From Amphiscolops sp. MND2022 (Eukaryota), in the NCBI GenBank assembly GCA_964187785.1, contig OZ076409.1:97032001-97096000 (forward strand): DNA of 64,000 nucleotides. The letters run 5' to 3'. Below the pieces are notes generated by a model. The model ran no database searches and was not told the origin of the DNA. It saw only the letters and a program-made list of their open reading frames with translations. Both the position numbers and the translations under genes were made by a program. Position 1 is the stretch's first letter. The number at the start of each line of letters is the position of its first letter. This document shows positions 50,437 to 63,097 of the stretch, in pieces.

Positions 50437-53400
50437 ATGTCCTCAACGACAACCCCTCTACCTTTCCAAACTCCCGCCATTAAAAATGCAAAAGTTGTAA
50501 AATTAGAACTAAACCCATTTCTACAAAACATTCTTTCACATTATACACAACCACTCCCATTTGAAAATGAACCACACACAATTGGAACAATCCCTCTTAT
50601 TAGAGAACATTTGGATACATACCTTTTCTATATTAGATATAAAGTTTTAACAATCACCGAAGAATACCCAACTTTTCAAATATCCTTTCCGCAACAAAAA
50701 TTTAACTCATCTCATATATACAGAAGAACAATAAACCCAAAAAACCTTCAAGTTCCTATTAAACAAGTTTTTCATGCTTTTCTAAACAATGTAAAAGATC
50801 ACAATTTAGCACACGAAATTCCAAAATATAGTCCAAATGCACTTGACGATCTTCAACGATACATAGACAATTTTGATGTAGAAAGTATTGAAAGATTAGT
50901 TATTCCTGAAGACAACCCTCATCATTGGTTACAAGCTGATATATTACGAATTCAAAATTTCATCTACCACTACTTCAAAGACCTAACATTAAATGACCAA
51001 ACAATTCCTCAGATCAAAGTAATATCTTTATTTCTCAGAAAATATTTCAGATTCAATTATCAATTATTATGGTCTCAACAAGATCAATCTGCTTTTACAG
51101 AATTTCCAGATCAATTTACATCAGAAGAATGTTTACCATTCATCATCAGTGAACAAAATGAACACCCTTTTCATAAACCACAATTAATTACAAAACAAAC
51201 CTTAGATTACATACGTTTCGATCCTCTATTAATTACAGAAAATGATCTATTCCCAGATAATAGACCTTACCACTATCAACAAAATTCTCAAGATCAACAA
51301 AGTTTTCATTTTAACACTAACAATTCTACTGAAGATGATAACACCGATCAGGAAAATACAACCCAACAACAAAATCAACCTGAAAACTATAACGATAATG
51401 AGTTTACTACCCAAGAATCTACAATATCAACATATAATCCATCACAAACAGGGACATCAACATCAGTACATACTCACTCCTTTAGAGTTCCCACTAGAGT
51501 TATAAATCAAAGACAAAATATACATAGTCCTCAATCTCATTTAGATACCTCTCCAAACCGTAATATAACTTTTAACCTTCCACATACAGATGACATAAAC
51601 GATGAAACCCATGATACATTACAATATACATCTAGTACTCAAAATACTTCTGCTAATGTTGCATCTCCAACAAGAACTACCTCTGATTCTACAAGATACA
51701 TTACTCGACCTAGATATGATCCTCCATCAATTCCCTCCGCCTTTCGCTCAAACCGATCAACCACTTCTAGTAACAATTTTAATGATAATCCTCAAACTTC
51801 CAACCAATATTACGATCCATTTAATTATAACTTTTATCCTCCATCAAACACAACTACCAGTACAAATATAAACCAAAAATACTCTCAAATTAATACAATT
51901 TCAACAACACAAAATCCCTTCATACAATTATCAAATACCAATACGTCCCAGAATATATATTCTCAAAATCGAGGAACCTCGTGTACTTCCATTTCTTATT
52001 CTAATATTACACAGGATTCTCAAAGAAGACTTCATAATCCTCCACTCACACATATACCAACTGATCCTCTGTATCAAACGCATTCAAATCCAAATCCTAA
52101 CCCTAATCCTAACCCATTACCACCAAATACAATCCAACATATACCTCCACCACTCACACAACAATTAGCTCCGCCACCCCAATATTCCCCAATGCCGCAA
52201 GATACCTTTATAAACATGTCCGCTTCAATACCAGAACCTATGAAACCTTTTGATGGTTTGGACCATTCTTACACCCCCGAAGAATATCTACAACAAGTCG
52301 AAGCAAGATTAACCTTCGCCATAGGTGAAGAACCTCAAAATAATCCTATAAAATACAAATCTTGGCATAATAGACGCATAGCTTACTTACAATGTTCATT
52401 AATAGGAACAGCTCTCGATTGGTACACTAACCTCCATATATCATATAAACAACAATGGAATTCCTTTGTACAACTATTCAAAAAACAATTCTCATCTCAA
52501 AAAACTGCTTACTACGCTCAAGTAGAAGCTATGTCACTCATGAAAAAGGATAATGAAACAGTTCGCCACTTCGCCCTTAGAGTACAACAATTAGTTAAAA
52601 AGGGATGGTGTAATGAAAATGCAGCTACCATAAATCTCAAAATTAATGAAATCTTTACAAAAGGGTTACCAAAGAAGTTAAAAGATTTTGCCCATAAACG
52701 ACAAGTTAAACATGTATCATTATTACTTGAACCTTCAATACCATTTCATACACTTGTTAGACATGTCGATTCAGAAGATATTGCTAATGAAATAATCAGA
52801 ACTAACGACTTAGCCCTAGAAATAAACAAAGTATCGCTTGAAGAGGATAATAACGAAAAAGAATTTGAATACGAAGATCAGATAATGGTTACTCAAACTG
52901 GAGACCCAAATAACAAAAGCAAACCAGCGTATAGAAAATATTGTTCCTACTGTCATAAAAATAATCATAGTATTTCAAATTGTTATCAAAAACAACGTGA
53001 TGACGAATACCAGAAATACAATAACCAAAGATCACGAACTCCTCAACAATCCTTTGTACAATATTTCCGCAGTAAACCTAACAATTCTCAGGAAAATCGA
53101 AATGAAAACACAAACTCTTTTTCCTCAGATAATGATCGTAATAAATATCATCAAAACTACTATAATGATAGATACAGAAACAATGATAGATATCGTAGCA
53201 ATAGCAGAGAATATTCACAAAACAACTATAGATCAAACTCTCGACAAAGATATTATAATCGATCCCGAAGTCCGTATAGATCTCGATTTGATAATTATTA
53301 TCAAAGAAGAACTCCATCTAGATCTCCATATAGATCTCCATACAGAAATAACTCAAATTACAGATATAATTCTCGCTCAAGATACAGATCTCGTTCTCAA

Positions 53401-56400
53401 TCACAAGGAAACTCCTTTAAACGATATAATTACCCATATAGATCTCCATCAAGACCTAAAGATTTTAGATCAAGATCTAGAACACCCTCAAGAAACAGAC
53501 AACAAAACAGAATAAATCAAGTAGACGTTAAAACCCCAAAAGAAAATGATAGTACAAAATTTGAAATCCACACCTGTCAAATGACTGAAATAGCTAATAC
53601 AATCACCCCTTATAGTTGGTTTTATCCACTATATATTCACGCCTCTGAAACAAATGACAACATATTACCTTCAAAATTAGAAATCTTATTCCTTTTAGAT
53701 ATTGGAGCTTCCATATCTGTTTTGAATTTACCAACATTTCATGTAATTTCCAAACAATTAAATATCAATGTTCCAACTAACCTCCAAAACAAAAGAGCCA
53801 AAACTCTTACAGTTGCAAACCAAACTGAAGTACCAATAATGCATTACATTTCGATGACTTGTTTCACTGAAGTAAATCACAAAACACGATCCTTCAATAT
53901 CGATTTTGCCGTAGCAAATATCAAATACAACATTCTTGGAACACCCTTTTTCAAAAAGCACATCCAAAATATTGATTTTCAACAAAACATTATGACGTAC
54001 ACAGAACAACATCCAAAGTTTTCAACAAAAACTACATTTTCTACATTTACAGAAAAAGATTATCCATATATTTCTTACATTTATACTATTAAATGTAAGG
54101 AACCAATTCACTTTAAACCAAGGTCAGGAAAAACCATACATTTCCCAATTAAAAACTATTCAAATCTACATTTTGATCTCGAAGATAATACGAAGTTCTA
54201 CCCAACAAACTCATATACATATTTCTTACAAAAATTTAAAAATATCTTTCATTTCTTAGACATGATAGTCAATGAAAAAAGCAAAGACTCATGTGCAACT
54301 ATAATTCAAAACTTTACATCTTACCCAGCTACATTACCACGAGGAATTATTGGATATATAGAAATACCTATTACCCAAACAACTCCTCCTCACTACAGAG
54401 TTAACGATGTAAATTCACTCATTCACTCTGTAATACATGCATATCACCCTGATACGACAACCCCGATTAAACAAAATCCATATACCGATATGAACTTATG
54501 TACTAGGGTAATACCACAATCCCTATTAGAAATAAACAAGATAGAAATTAACGACAAAACACTTCAACTTCCTATACCTTCTGTTACTGGAAACCTTCGA
54601 CCTTCAGATAAAATTCGAAAAGATTTCCCTCCATTACCCTATTCTACAGAAAACCAACAATTCATAAAGAAATTCAATTTCGAATACTCAGATTTAACCG
54701 ATACAGAATATGTAAATCTCTGCAATATTCTAATTAACAACCAAAATTGTTACGCCAAACATAAAAACGACGTAGGAAAGATTTCTACTCCTTTTCGAAT
54801 TAGAATAAAAGATAATTGTAAACTTCACACACAAAGACCTTCTAAAGTACCTATCCACTATAGAGATAGAATAAATAAACTTTTACTAGAACTCGAAAAA
54901 TACAACATCATAAAACAAATTGGTTCAACAACAGATGAAAAACATACTATTGGAACAACATTTTTGAACCCTTTAATTATTATCCCAAAAGGAGACGCAA
55001 TAAAAGTTGTTTTAGACGCAAGACATCTAAACTCAAACACTAACCAAGAACTTGAATCTTGGCCTATTGAACCTTTAGCTCCTCAATTAGCTAGAGCAAA
55101 TAAAAAATACAAATCAACTATTGATCTAATGTATGCATATGCTCATACACCATTAGATGAAGAAACAATTAAACTTACAGGATTTTCATCCGGTGACAAA
55201 TTATACGCCTTTATCCGTGGATTTTACGGATTAAAAGGACTTCCAAACTTTTTCACAAAACAAATGTCAACTTTCTTTAGATCACTTATAGACAAACGTT
55301 CTGCGTTAGTTTATATAGATGTTATTCTATTACTCGCAAATGAAAAACAAGAAATGTTTGAACTTATAAAAGAATTACATACAATAGCATCTCGAGAAAA
55401 TCTCAAACTTGCACCTGAAAAATCGTTCTACATGTTACTCAAAGTAAAATTCCTTGGACATGAAATTGGTAACAACACAATTAAGCCAATTCCATCCAAA
55501 ATTGAAGCTATTAAAAGAATCCCATCACCAAAAGAAAAGAAAGATGTTATGCAATTTCTTGGCAGTGTTAACTTTTATTCAAAATTCATTGAAAAACTTC
55601 ATATAAACCTTAAACCATTGTATACATTACTACAAGATGATGTTAAATTTCAATGGACACCTGAATTAGAAAAACTATTTCAAAAAGTTAAAAACGCAAT
55701 GACAGCAGACACTGAATTAACAATACCCAACACCACGCATCCATTTTTTATAACAGTAGATGCTTCGTTAGTAGGTTTAGGCACAGTCTTATTCCAAATG
55801 AACGAAGAAAATAAGATGAAAGTAATCTCTTATAACTCCAGAATTCTCAATACACAAGAACAAAAACTTTCAACTTTAGACAGAGAACTTCTTGCAATAG
55901 TTTACGCATTACAAATATATGAATTTTTGATCATTGGATCTCCTCATCCTATATATCTCTTCACAGATCACAAGCCTTTACTACATTGTTTCGCAAAGAA
56001 AGGAAATCTTAGTCCTAGATTCTATAGAGCACAAATGCAATTAACCAAATTCTCCAAATTAAAAATCATTCATACCCCTGGAAAAAATTTAACTGTAGCA
56101 GATATGCTTTCAAGAACCTTTACAAAAGAACAGCTACAAGTACACCAATTACGACACAAACAAGTACCACCTCAAATAGATTTCTCTATCATGAAAGATA
56201 ATCAACTCAAACCAGTACATTATTTAGTAAAACATGAAGAAATAAAATATAATCAAAAAAAATGATTGTCATCCTATCCTTGCTGACTACGGAGACGACC
56301 AATTCTCCATCCGTATAAATAACAAAGGAGAAGATATACATATAAAGCCTTTAGATTCCTTCTCTTTTCAATCTATTGTTCCATTCGAATCAAAATATAA

Positions 56401-58459
56401 AAGGCCTACAAAAAAACAAGCAAAATCTCTTTTACAACAATCGACAATTCTTAATGATACTGACATTCTCAGTGATGAAGATGAAATAACACCATCAAAT
56501 AATATCCAACAACAAAACTCGAATATAGTAAAAGAATACACCCTTGCTATACAATATCCTACCAAATCTGACTATTGTACACAACAAGTTCCATTTTTTG
56601 ATCCGTCCTTTTTCAAATACAAAAAATATTTTAATTACTTCTTCCTACCCGAAGATACACAAATAACCATTGAAACAATAAAAACTCAACAAAATCAAGA
56701 TACTGTTTTACAAAAGGTTTACCAATGGATACTTAATAATGAAAGACCCTTACAAATAGACCCAACAATTGCAGCTAATTTTTTCTTATTAGTATATTAC
56801 AAACTCTTCAACCATTTATATATTAATCATGATACAAAAATTATTCACATAGATTATCCTAATCTTCACGATTCCAACCCGAATCAAAGAGACAAAATAT
56901 GTCTACCATTTAAACTTTTCCACACAGCTTTTAACAAACTTCATGCTCATGGACATTCAGGAATAAAAATATCCATCAAAGCTTTAAACCAATTTTACTT
57001 CATACCGTACCTGAACAAATGGATGTCAATATTCATCCATGATTGCATTGAATGCCAACAAAATAAACATATTAACCAAAAATTACAAACTGCATCTATA
57101 CAAACCTTCTCAGAAAATGCTTCTTATTTTAATTACCGAATATCAATGGATACAAAAGGACCTATAAACCCACCATCAAATCAAAATTCATACATTCACG
57201 TTATAGTAGACGCTTTTAGTCACTTTGTAGTAACAGTACCTATAAAACAAAATAATGCTCAAAACGCTGTTAACTCATTACTACATCATTGGATAACAAA
57301 ATTTGGACCCCCTGTATACCTAGTTACCGACCGTGGAACAGAAAATATTAATTCAGAATTTGCAAATTTTTGTACCAGAATGGGAATTAGACATTCACCA
57401 AGAACTCCTTATGCACCATGGACAAATGGTTTAGTTGAAAATCAAAACAGAAATCTTGGAACTCATCTCAGACTTTTCTTACATAACACTCCAGAAAATT
57501 GGTCAACTCAAGTCCATATGTATGCTTATGCACATAATTCACAACCACTTTCTGAATTAAACTTATCTCCATATGAAATAGTATTCCATACTATACCCAG
57601 AATTCTAATCAACTTTGAACTCAATCTCCAAAGAGATACATATAGAAATTGTACTTCTCAATATTGTCAAGAATTACCACTTCATACACACTATGACAAA
57701 TCAAATCTAAATCCTTTCTTTCATAAAATTTTAGCTAAACCAATTCCACAATGGATCTTAGCTACTGAAACTGCTATGATACAGATATACCATAGGGTAT
57801 ATGAAAACACAAAAAGAAAGATTAATTCCTATGCTTATTTTAACAAAACATATCACAATCCAAGACCCTTAGATATTGGTACATTTGTACTAAAAAGAAA
57901 TTTTCTCCATGTTCATTTTTCAGATAAATTAAAACCTCTCAGAATTGGCCCATTCAACATTATTAACAAACTCTCCGATATAACATATGAAATTGTTAAT
58001 CAAGATGGTTATACATCGCACATACATAGAAATCATTTAATTCCTTATTATCCAAAAGAACCAGTTATTTTCCCTTTCATACAACAATATAACCCTCATT
58101 TATTTAATGACTGTCATTCAAATACAAATGATCAAATAATTAACTCTGATGAAGACAAATTTACAGACGAAGAACAATTTCCTTCCACAACATTTAATAA
58201 AGAAACGGATATACCATCCACGATTGACTTACAACCAGAACCATTTAACCAATATTCTTCATTTCCATATAAACAAAAAGAACAAATTCCTCAAAATACC
58301 TCCCTGGATAACCAATCAGATATTCATGATTATGATAATTTTATTAATCCCCGAAGACACTCCTATAATAGATACAATTTCCGCCCACAACCAAGAAAAG
58401 ACTACCGACTCTTTCTTGGTGAAAAGGATATAATTTCACTTTCTCAAAAATCCTGCTGA
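50437..58459 (+). CDS. Gag-PR-RT-RNaseH-integrase polyprotein, one +1 frameshift in A8 run 56255-56262
   Basis: CA-like PMKPFDG..ALDWY, knuckle CSYCHKNNHSISNC, RS-rich tract, PR LDIGA, RT IDLMYAY/YGL/YIDV, RNase H VDAS/RELLAI/TDHKPL; the frame of ORF 57023 is open from 56261 and contains HAHGH..CIEC, SMDTKG, TDRG, GLVE, GPF. Confidence 0.92.
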
Positions 58460-58628
58460 AATACGGAATACAGAAAGAAATACACACAAAGAAAGTTTGT
58501 AAGAAAGAAAAAGTTTGAAGCTTAAAACGAAAATAAATGAAATTTATTTCACGAATGAGAATAAAAGAAAGAAATCCTAATTGATATAAAACTATAACTA
58601 TTTTACAAGCTGAAACTAACTATCATAA

Positions 58629-60098
58629 CACAACGATTTCAAAATTGATAGACATATTCACTCACCATCATCAACTAAAAATAACTCTTCCTCTAGTTCA
58701 ACACATTCACTCCAAAGATTACCTGAATATACATCATATTTAAACTCAGATACAGACATACTGGATTCCTCATCCTCAAATCCCAGTCCATCCGCTCCAT
58801 ATACTCCTGATAGAGTACCAACAACACCCACTAATACACCTATATCCCAAACTCAACCACAAATATTAACAACTCAATCACAACCTATTTCACGAAATCT
58901 AACATTTTTAGAAACAAATTCACCACTTTCTGACTCTAATGATGAAACACCTACAATACCAAATACACAAGATACTTCAGATATTTTGAATAGACCTCCT
59001 CTTCCACCGATTACTACCACTCGTTCTATTCATATCCCTGATCCTAGCTCAGTACTACAATACATAAATTCTTGTCCACACAAAGTACCAACTGCAACGA
59101 AAACAAAAAGAAAAACTCCTTTACCTACATTACCACAAAATCTTGATTTACCATCATCAAGTAATATCCCAATAACATTTTTACCAGAACCTTCAATAAA
59201 ATCACCAACGAAAAAATCACAACAATACCCAACTCCTTCACCATCGGAACTAAGTTCCTTCACATTTTCTCAAATATATCCCAAGCTTGAATTACAACGT
59301 GTACATTCAACAACTACCTCTTCATTAACAGACTTATATCATAAAGATAAAGACTCTGACTCAACTGCTAGTACTAGAGTACCAAGACATCATTATACCC
59401 TTCGATCTCAACAACAAAGAGATTCTCAAGAATTACAATCCTTAACTAGTTCAAGTACAAACTCAATACTACTTCGACAACACGCTCAACCCAGATTGGA
59501 CACTTCTTCTCTTTCCTCATCTCAGCTCACTATACCATCTTCTCTATCACTACCATTTCAAATCACATCAGGATTTGAAACAGCCTCTCTTCTTTCTGAA
59601 GAGCCAGCAACTATATCAGATAGCGCAGCTAATTTTTCACGAGTTTACTCACCTAGTTCAATAGCCTCAAACTCCTCTATGCAATTACCTGAATATTTTT
59701 TAGAAGACTTCTCAAGACCTCCATCGCCAAATCCTCACGAATATCCTATTCGTGTTAACTCAAAAATTGTTCGCACGCTTAACGAAGATCCTCGATACAC
59801 GGTATTACCTGCAAGATTTATAAACAATAGTTCACTCTCAACTCAAAGAAAACAAAGAGAACTACGAAGATTACAAGAACAACAACTCACATTAAAATTT
59901 GAAGTAGAAGTCACATTCAACTCGTTAGGACCTCATCCATTCTCTCTTTCAACAAGAGTAGCACATAAAACAACCCCATCACCATTCATTGTTACCTCCA
60001 CTTCCTACCTTTGTGACGCCGATTTACCTGAGATTAGAACAGGACATATAAACTTTTTTAATCCCTACTCAGGACTCAATTATAGATCAATATTTTAA
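58629..60098 (+). CDS. Ser/Thr/Pro-rich accessory ORF of unknown function
   Basis: Frame of ORF 58986 is stop-free back to 58629; no 5' ATG; low-complexity N-terminus with a more complex C-terminal ~120 aa. Confidence 0.55.
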   Translation, partial: HNDFKIDRHIHSPSSTKNNSSSSSTHSLQRLPEYTSYLNSDTDILDSSSSNPSPSAPYTPDRVPTTPTNTPISQTQPQILTTQSQPISRNLTFLETNSPLSDSNDETPTIPNTQDTSDILNRPPLPPITTTRSIHIPDPSSVLQYINSCPHKVPTATKTKRKTPLPTLPQNLDLPSSSNIPITFLPEPSIKSPTKKSQQYPTPSPSELSSFTFSQIYPKLELQRVHSTTTSSLTDLYHKDKDSDSTASTRVPRHHYTLRSQQQRDSQELQSLTSSSTNSILLRQHAQPRLDTSSLSSSQLTIPSSLSLPFQITSGFETASLLSEEPATISDSAANFSRVYSPSSIASNSSMQLPEYFLEDFSRPPSPNPHEYPIRVNSKIVRTLNEDPRYTVLPARFINNSSLSTQRKQRELRRLQEQQLTLKFEVEVTFNSLGPHPFSLSTRVAHKTTPSPFIVTSTSYLCDADLPEIRTGHINFFNPYSGLNYRSIF

Positions 60099-60100
60099 CC

Positions 60101-62677
60101 ATGAACCAAATCACCTTTACCTTTCATTTAATATATATAATACAAGTTGTTAAATACACATATATAATACACAGAGTTCACTCTTTAGTTCACCCTTCAA
60201 CTGTTCCCAAAGTTGACACCACCAATTCCGAAAATCATATTTCAGACCAAGATCCTAACATTTTAAACTTAATGGTATCTCATTATGATTGTGCAAAACA
60301 AAATAACTTAAGACAATTCAGTTTATTAAATGTAGAACCATGTAAACAAGCACCCTCAGATATACAACACACAAAAACCCAAGCAACAGTTTACGTTAGA
60401 GCAAAAGCCAAAAGAATAAAAGCCTTTAAATGTGAAGCATATATAAAGACTGAGAAAGTCTGGTGTTCACAAACATTCACATCTAGTAGACGATATGATC
60501 GTTTACAATGGGGACAAAATACATTAGAACTTCCAAAATTATTGGACCCTATTGAATGCAAAAATATGATCAGATATTTAAACGCGACTGATAGCGAAGA
60601 ATTAAACAACTACAATATACAAAGCTCTTTCTCATTGTTCGATGATAGTAATTATCAAAACACAATTGAACGAATTCAGACACCATTTAGAGTAAAAAAA
60701 TTAAATACATGGCATATTGGAACCTTCGTATTTGTCGAAAATTATCCTGATTGGATAGTTAATGTTACACAAAATACATACTCTAGATGTCGATCAGACC
60801 GAGAACATTTAATTACCCGACAAAGTTGGAAACTTAGAATTGTTAACACCGCAATAGATTATGACGATAAAAACAATCAATTAATACATGACGGACACAT
60901 ATTACCATGTTATCATTCAGATGGATTTTGTAAACCAACGACCAAAACTCCATATACATTAACATGGTTTGATGAAAAATTTTGCCTCATATTTCAACTT
61001 CAAGAATTCATTGGTAGAATGACACGAATCAAAGATAGATATTGGATAGAAACCGATACCTTTATTGAAACTTCAAACATCACACAAAAACTTCAAACCG
61101 AAGGAATACAAGGAACAAAATACCCTAATATAAAAACACCACAATCAAAAGTAAGCAATCCAAGCCTTTCTCGATTTGAAATATACCCAATTGCACAAAC
61201 CTTCTGTGGAAAACCTGAACCATTATTTTCAACACAATATTATGACATCTTTGTTACATACTTAGATGGTTTTGATATGAACACAGGATTACCAAAACCA
61301 CACTCAATAATTGACCAAACAATTAGTGGAAATATAAAATATGATGATTCAAACAAAAGGTATATATTCCCTGCATTGAATATATCAAACAATTTCGCCA
61401 CTTTAGACTATGATGCCCACTTTAATACAAAAATTGATTTCACAATAAATCATGTATTTAAATCCATGACAGTACAAGAACTAAACACTCTTCATACAAT
61501 ATGTGAACTAGAAAGACCTCAACTGTTAACAATCTTAGCTATGTCAGTTAAAAATCCTCAATTAGCCGGTTTTCTTTTAACTGGAAATCGTAGTAACTTT
61601 CTCTACGTTGAAGGATCTACAGCATGGCTGTATGATTGCCCTCATTTTATATCACCACTATACAAGGCAGATAATTGCTTTGATAGAATTCCTATACACT
61701 ACAGAGAAACGATAATGTATGTTGACCCAATAACAAGACAAACTTTTAACTACGCAACACCAATTGAATGTGGAAATAACCCACAAAATATAATAGAATT
61801 AGATCCAGATTCCAACCACGGAGATTTTTATGTGTTAACACCAGAACCACTCAAACGAGAAGCACCACAAATGTTTAAACCTACCCAAATTAAAACAACA
61901 ATCACTCCTAATACATTTACCGCCCAAGATGCCGGTATATACTCAAATGCAGAATTAGATCAATTCTGGAATAGAGTACTATTTGCTAAACATTCAGACA
62001 CAACTCTTCAATTACTTGGAAAATCAATAAGCTATGATTTCATTTCAATGCATAATGAAAAACACTCATACTCAGAACATAATACCTATAATCATTTAAG
62101 GATTGGAGTACATGACCACTTGTTAAATCTTTTACCACTTTTTAACCCTGACTGGTTCAGTCAAGCATTCATTAATTTCTTTCGATACCCATGTTATGTT
62201 TTAACCCAATGTGGAATTTATTTTTCAACATTCCTTTTCATTAGAGAAGTTTTAACATTTTTACTCAAATTCTACAGAACAATTAGCATAAAATATAATC
62301 TCCAAAGCAACATTTCCATTTTGAGTTCAATAGCCCATGGATTTTTTAATATAGTTACATCGGAAATGGTAACCGATTTAAATAATACAGGAAAACGAAA
62401 ACGGATATATACTAAACACAAAATTACAACAAGTGAAAATGATTATATCCTATTGCCGGAAAAAGAATTAAACAATAAACGAAGACACTCTGATACTGAC
62501 TCCCTTTATTTACCTCCTAAATATTCCAGTAAGAATTCAACATTTCAATCACCGCAAAAGACACACCCAACTAATATAAACGATATTAATTCCCAGGACT
62601 ATGACCCAATAATGTCAAATGTAATAGCTCTACCGGAAAGTTCTGCTAAAGTCTTTATAAAATTCAATCCCTCCTAG
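60101..62677 (+). CDS. Envelope glycoprotein, chuvirus/Monjiviricetes-like class III fusion protein
   Basis: 858 aa; hydrophobic N-terminus; HYDC..FSLLNVEPC, CELER..LAMSVKNPQLAG, CFDRIPI..VDPITR..IEC, AGIYSNAELD motifs; C-terminal TM (VLTQCGIYFSTFLFIREVLTFLL) and basic tail. Confidence 0.8.
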   Translation: MNQITFTFHLIYIIQVVKYTYIIHRVHSLVHPSTVPKVDTTNSENHISDQDPNILNLMVSHYDCAKQNNLRQFSLLNVEPCKQAPSDIQHTKTQATVYVRAKAKRIKAFKCEAYIKTEKVWCSQTFTSSRRYDRLQWGQNTLELPKLLDPIECKNMIRYLNATDSEELNNYNIQSSFSLFDDSNYQNTIERIQTPFRVKKLNTWHIGTFVFVENYPDWIVNVTQNTYSRCRSDREHLITRQSWKLRIVNTAIDYDDKNNQLIHDGHILPCYHSDGFCKPTTKTPYTLTWFDEKFCLIFQLQEFIGRMTRIKDRYWIETDTFIETSNITQKLQTEGIQGTKYPNIKTPQSKVSNPSLSRFEIYPIAQTFCGKPEPLFSTQYYDIFVTYLDGFDMNTGLPKPHSIIDQTISGNIKYDDSNKRYIFPALNISNNFATLDYDAHFNTKIDFTINHVFKSMTVQELNTLHTICELERPQLLTILAMSVKNPQLAGFLLTGNRSNFLYVEGSTAWLYDCPHFISPLYKADNCFDRIPIHYRETIMYVDPITRQTFNYATPIECGNNPQNIIELDPDSNHGDFYVLTPEPLKREAPQMFKPTQIKTTITPNTFTAQDAGIYSNAELDQFWNRVLFAKHSDTTLQLLGKSISYDFISMHNEKHSYSEHNTYNHLRIGVHDHLLNLLPLFNPDWFSQAFINFFRYPCYVLTQCGIYFSTFLFIREVLTFLLKFYRTISIKYNLQSNISILSSIAHGFFNIVTSEMVTDLNNTGKRKRIYTKHKITTSENDYILLPEKELNNKRRHSDTDSLYLPPKYSSKNSTFQSPQKTHPTNINDINSQDYDPIMSNVIALPESSAKVFIKFNPS

Positions 62678-63097
62678 CTGAAAAACAATAACTTAAAAAA
62701 CAAATTAACCTCAAGAAAAGTTCATAAAATTATCAACCAAATTCTTCTCAGTTTCAACTTTCATTCACACCCAAATTCTCACTCGGACCGGTCTCTCCTT
62801 TTCAACTCAACTCAACTCAACTCTCAACCAGAAGACTTCAACTGGATTTTCAGTCCATCTAAACGACCGAAATCACAGAAGTTTCTATTCCTGGAATAGA
62901 TGCCACTGTGACTGTTGATGTGTTCAACCCATCATTGACCCAGTATTCCCATATTGTAAGTACAATTTAAACTTTAATTTTAACAAACAATTTAATGGAT
63001 AGAAAAGACATAACAAAATTTTTCTTAGTATTAGAAATAATGTAATCAAATGTTATAATCATTATTTTAGCTCTACAAAAACACGCAAGTTTAAATA

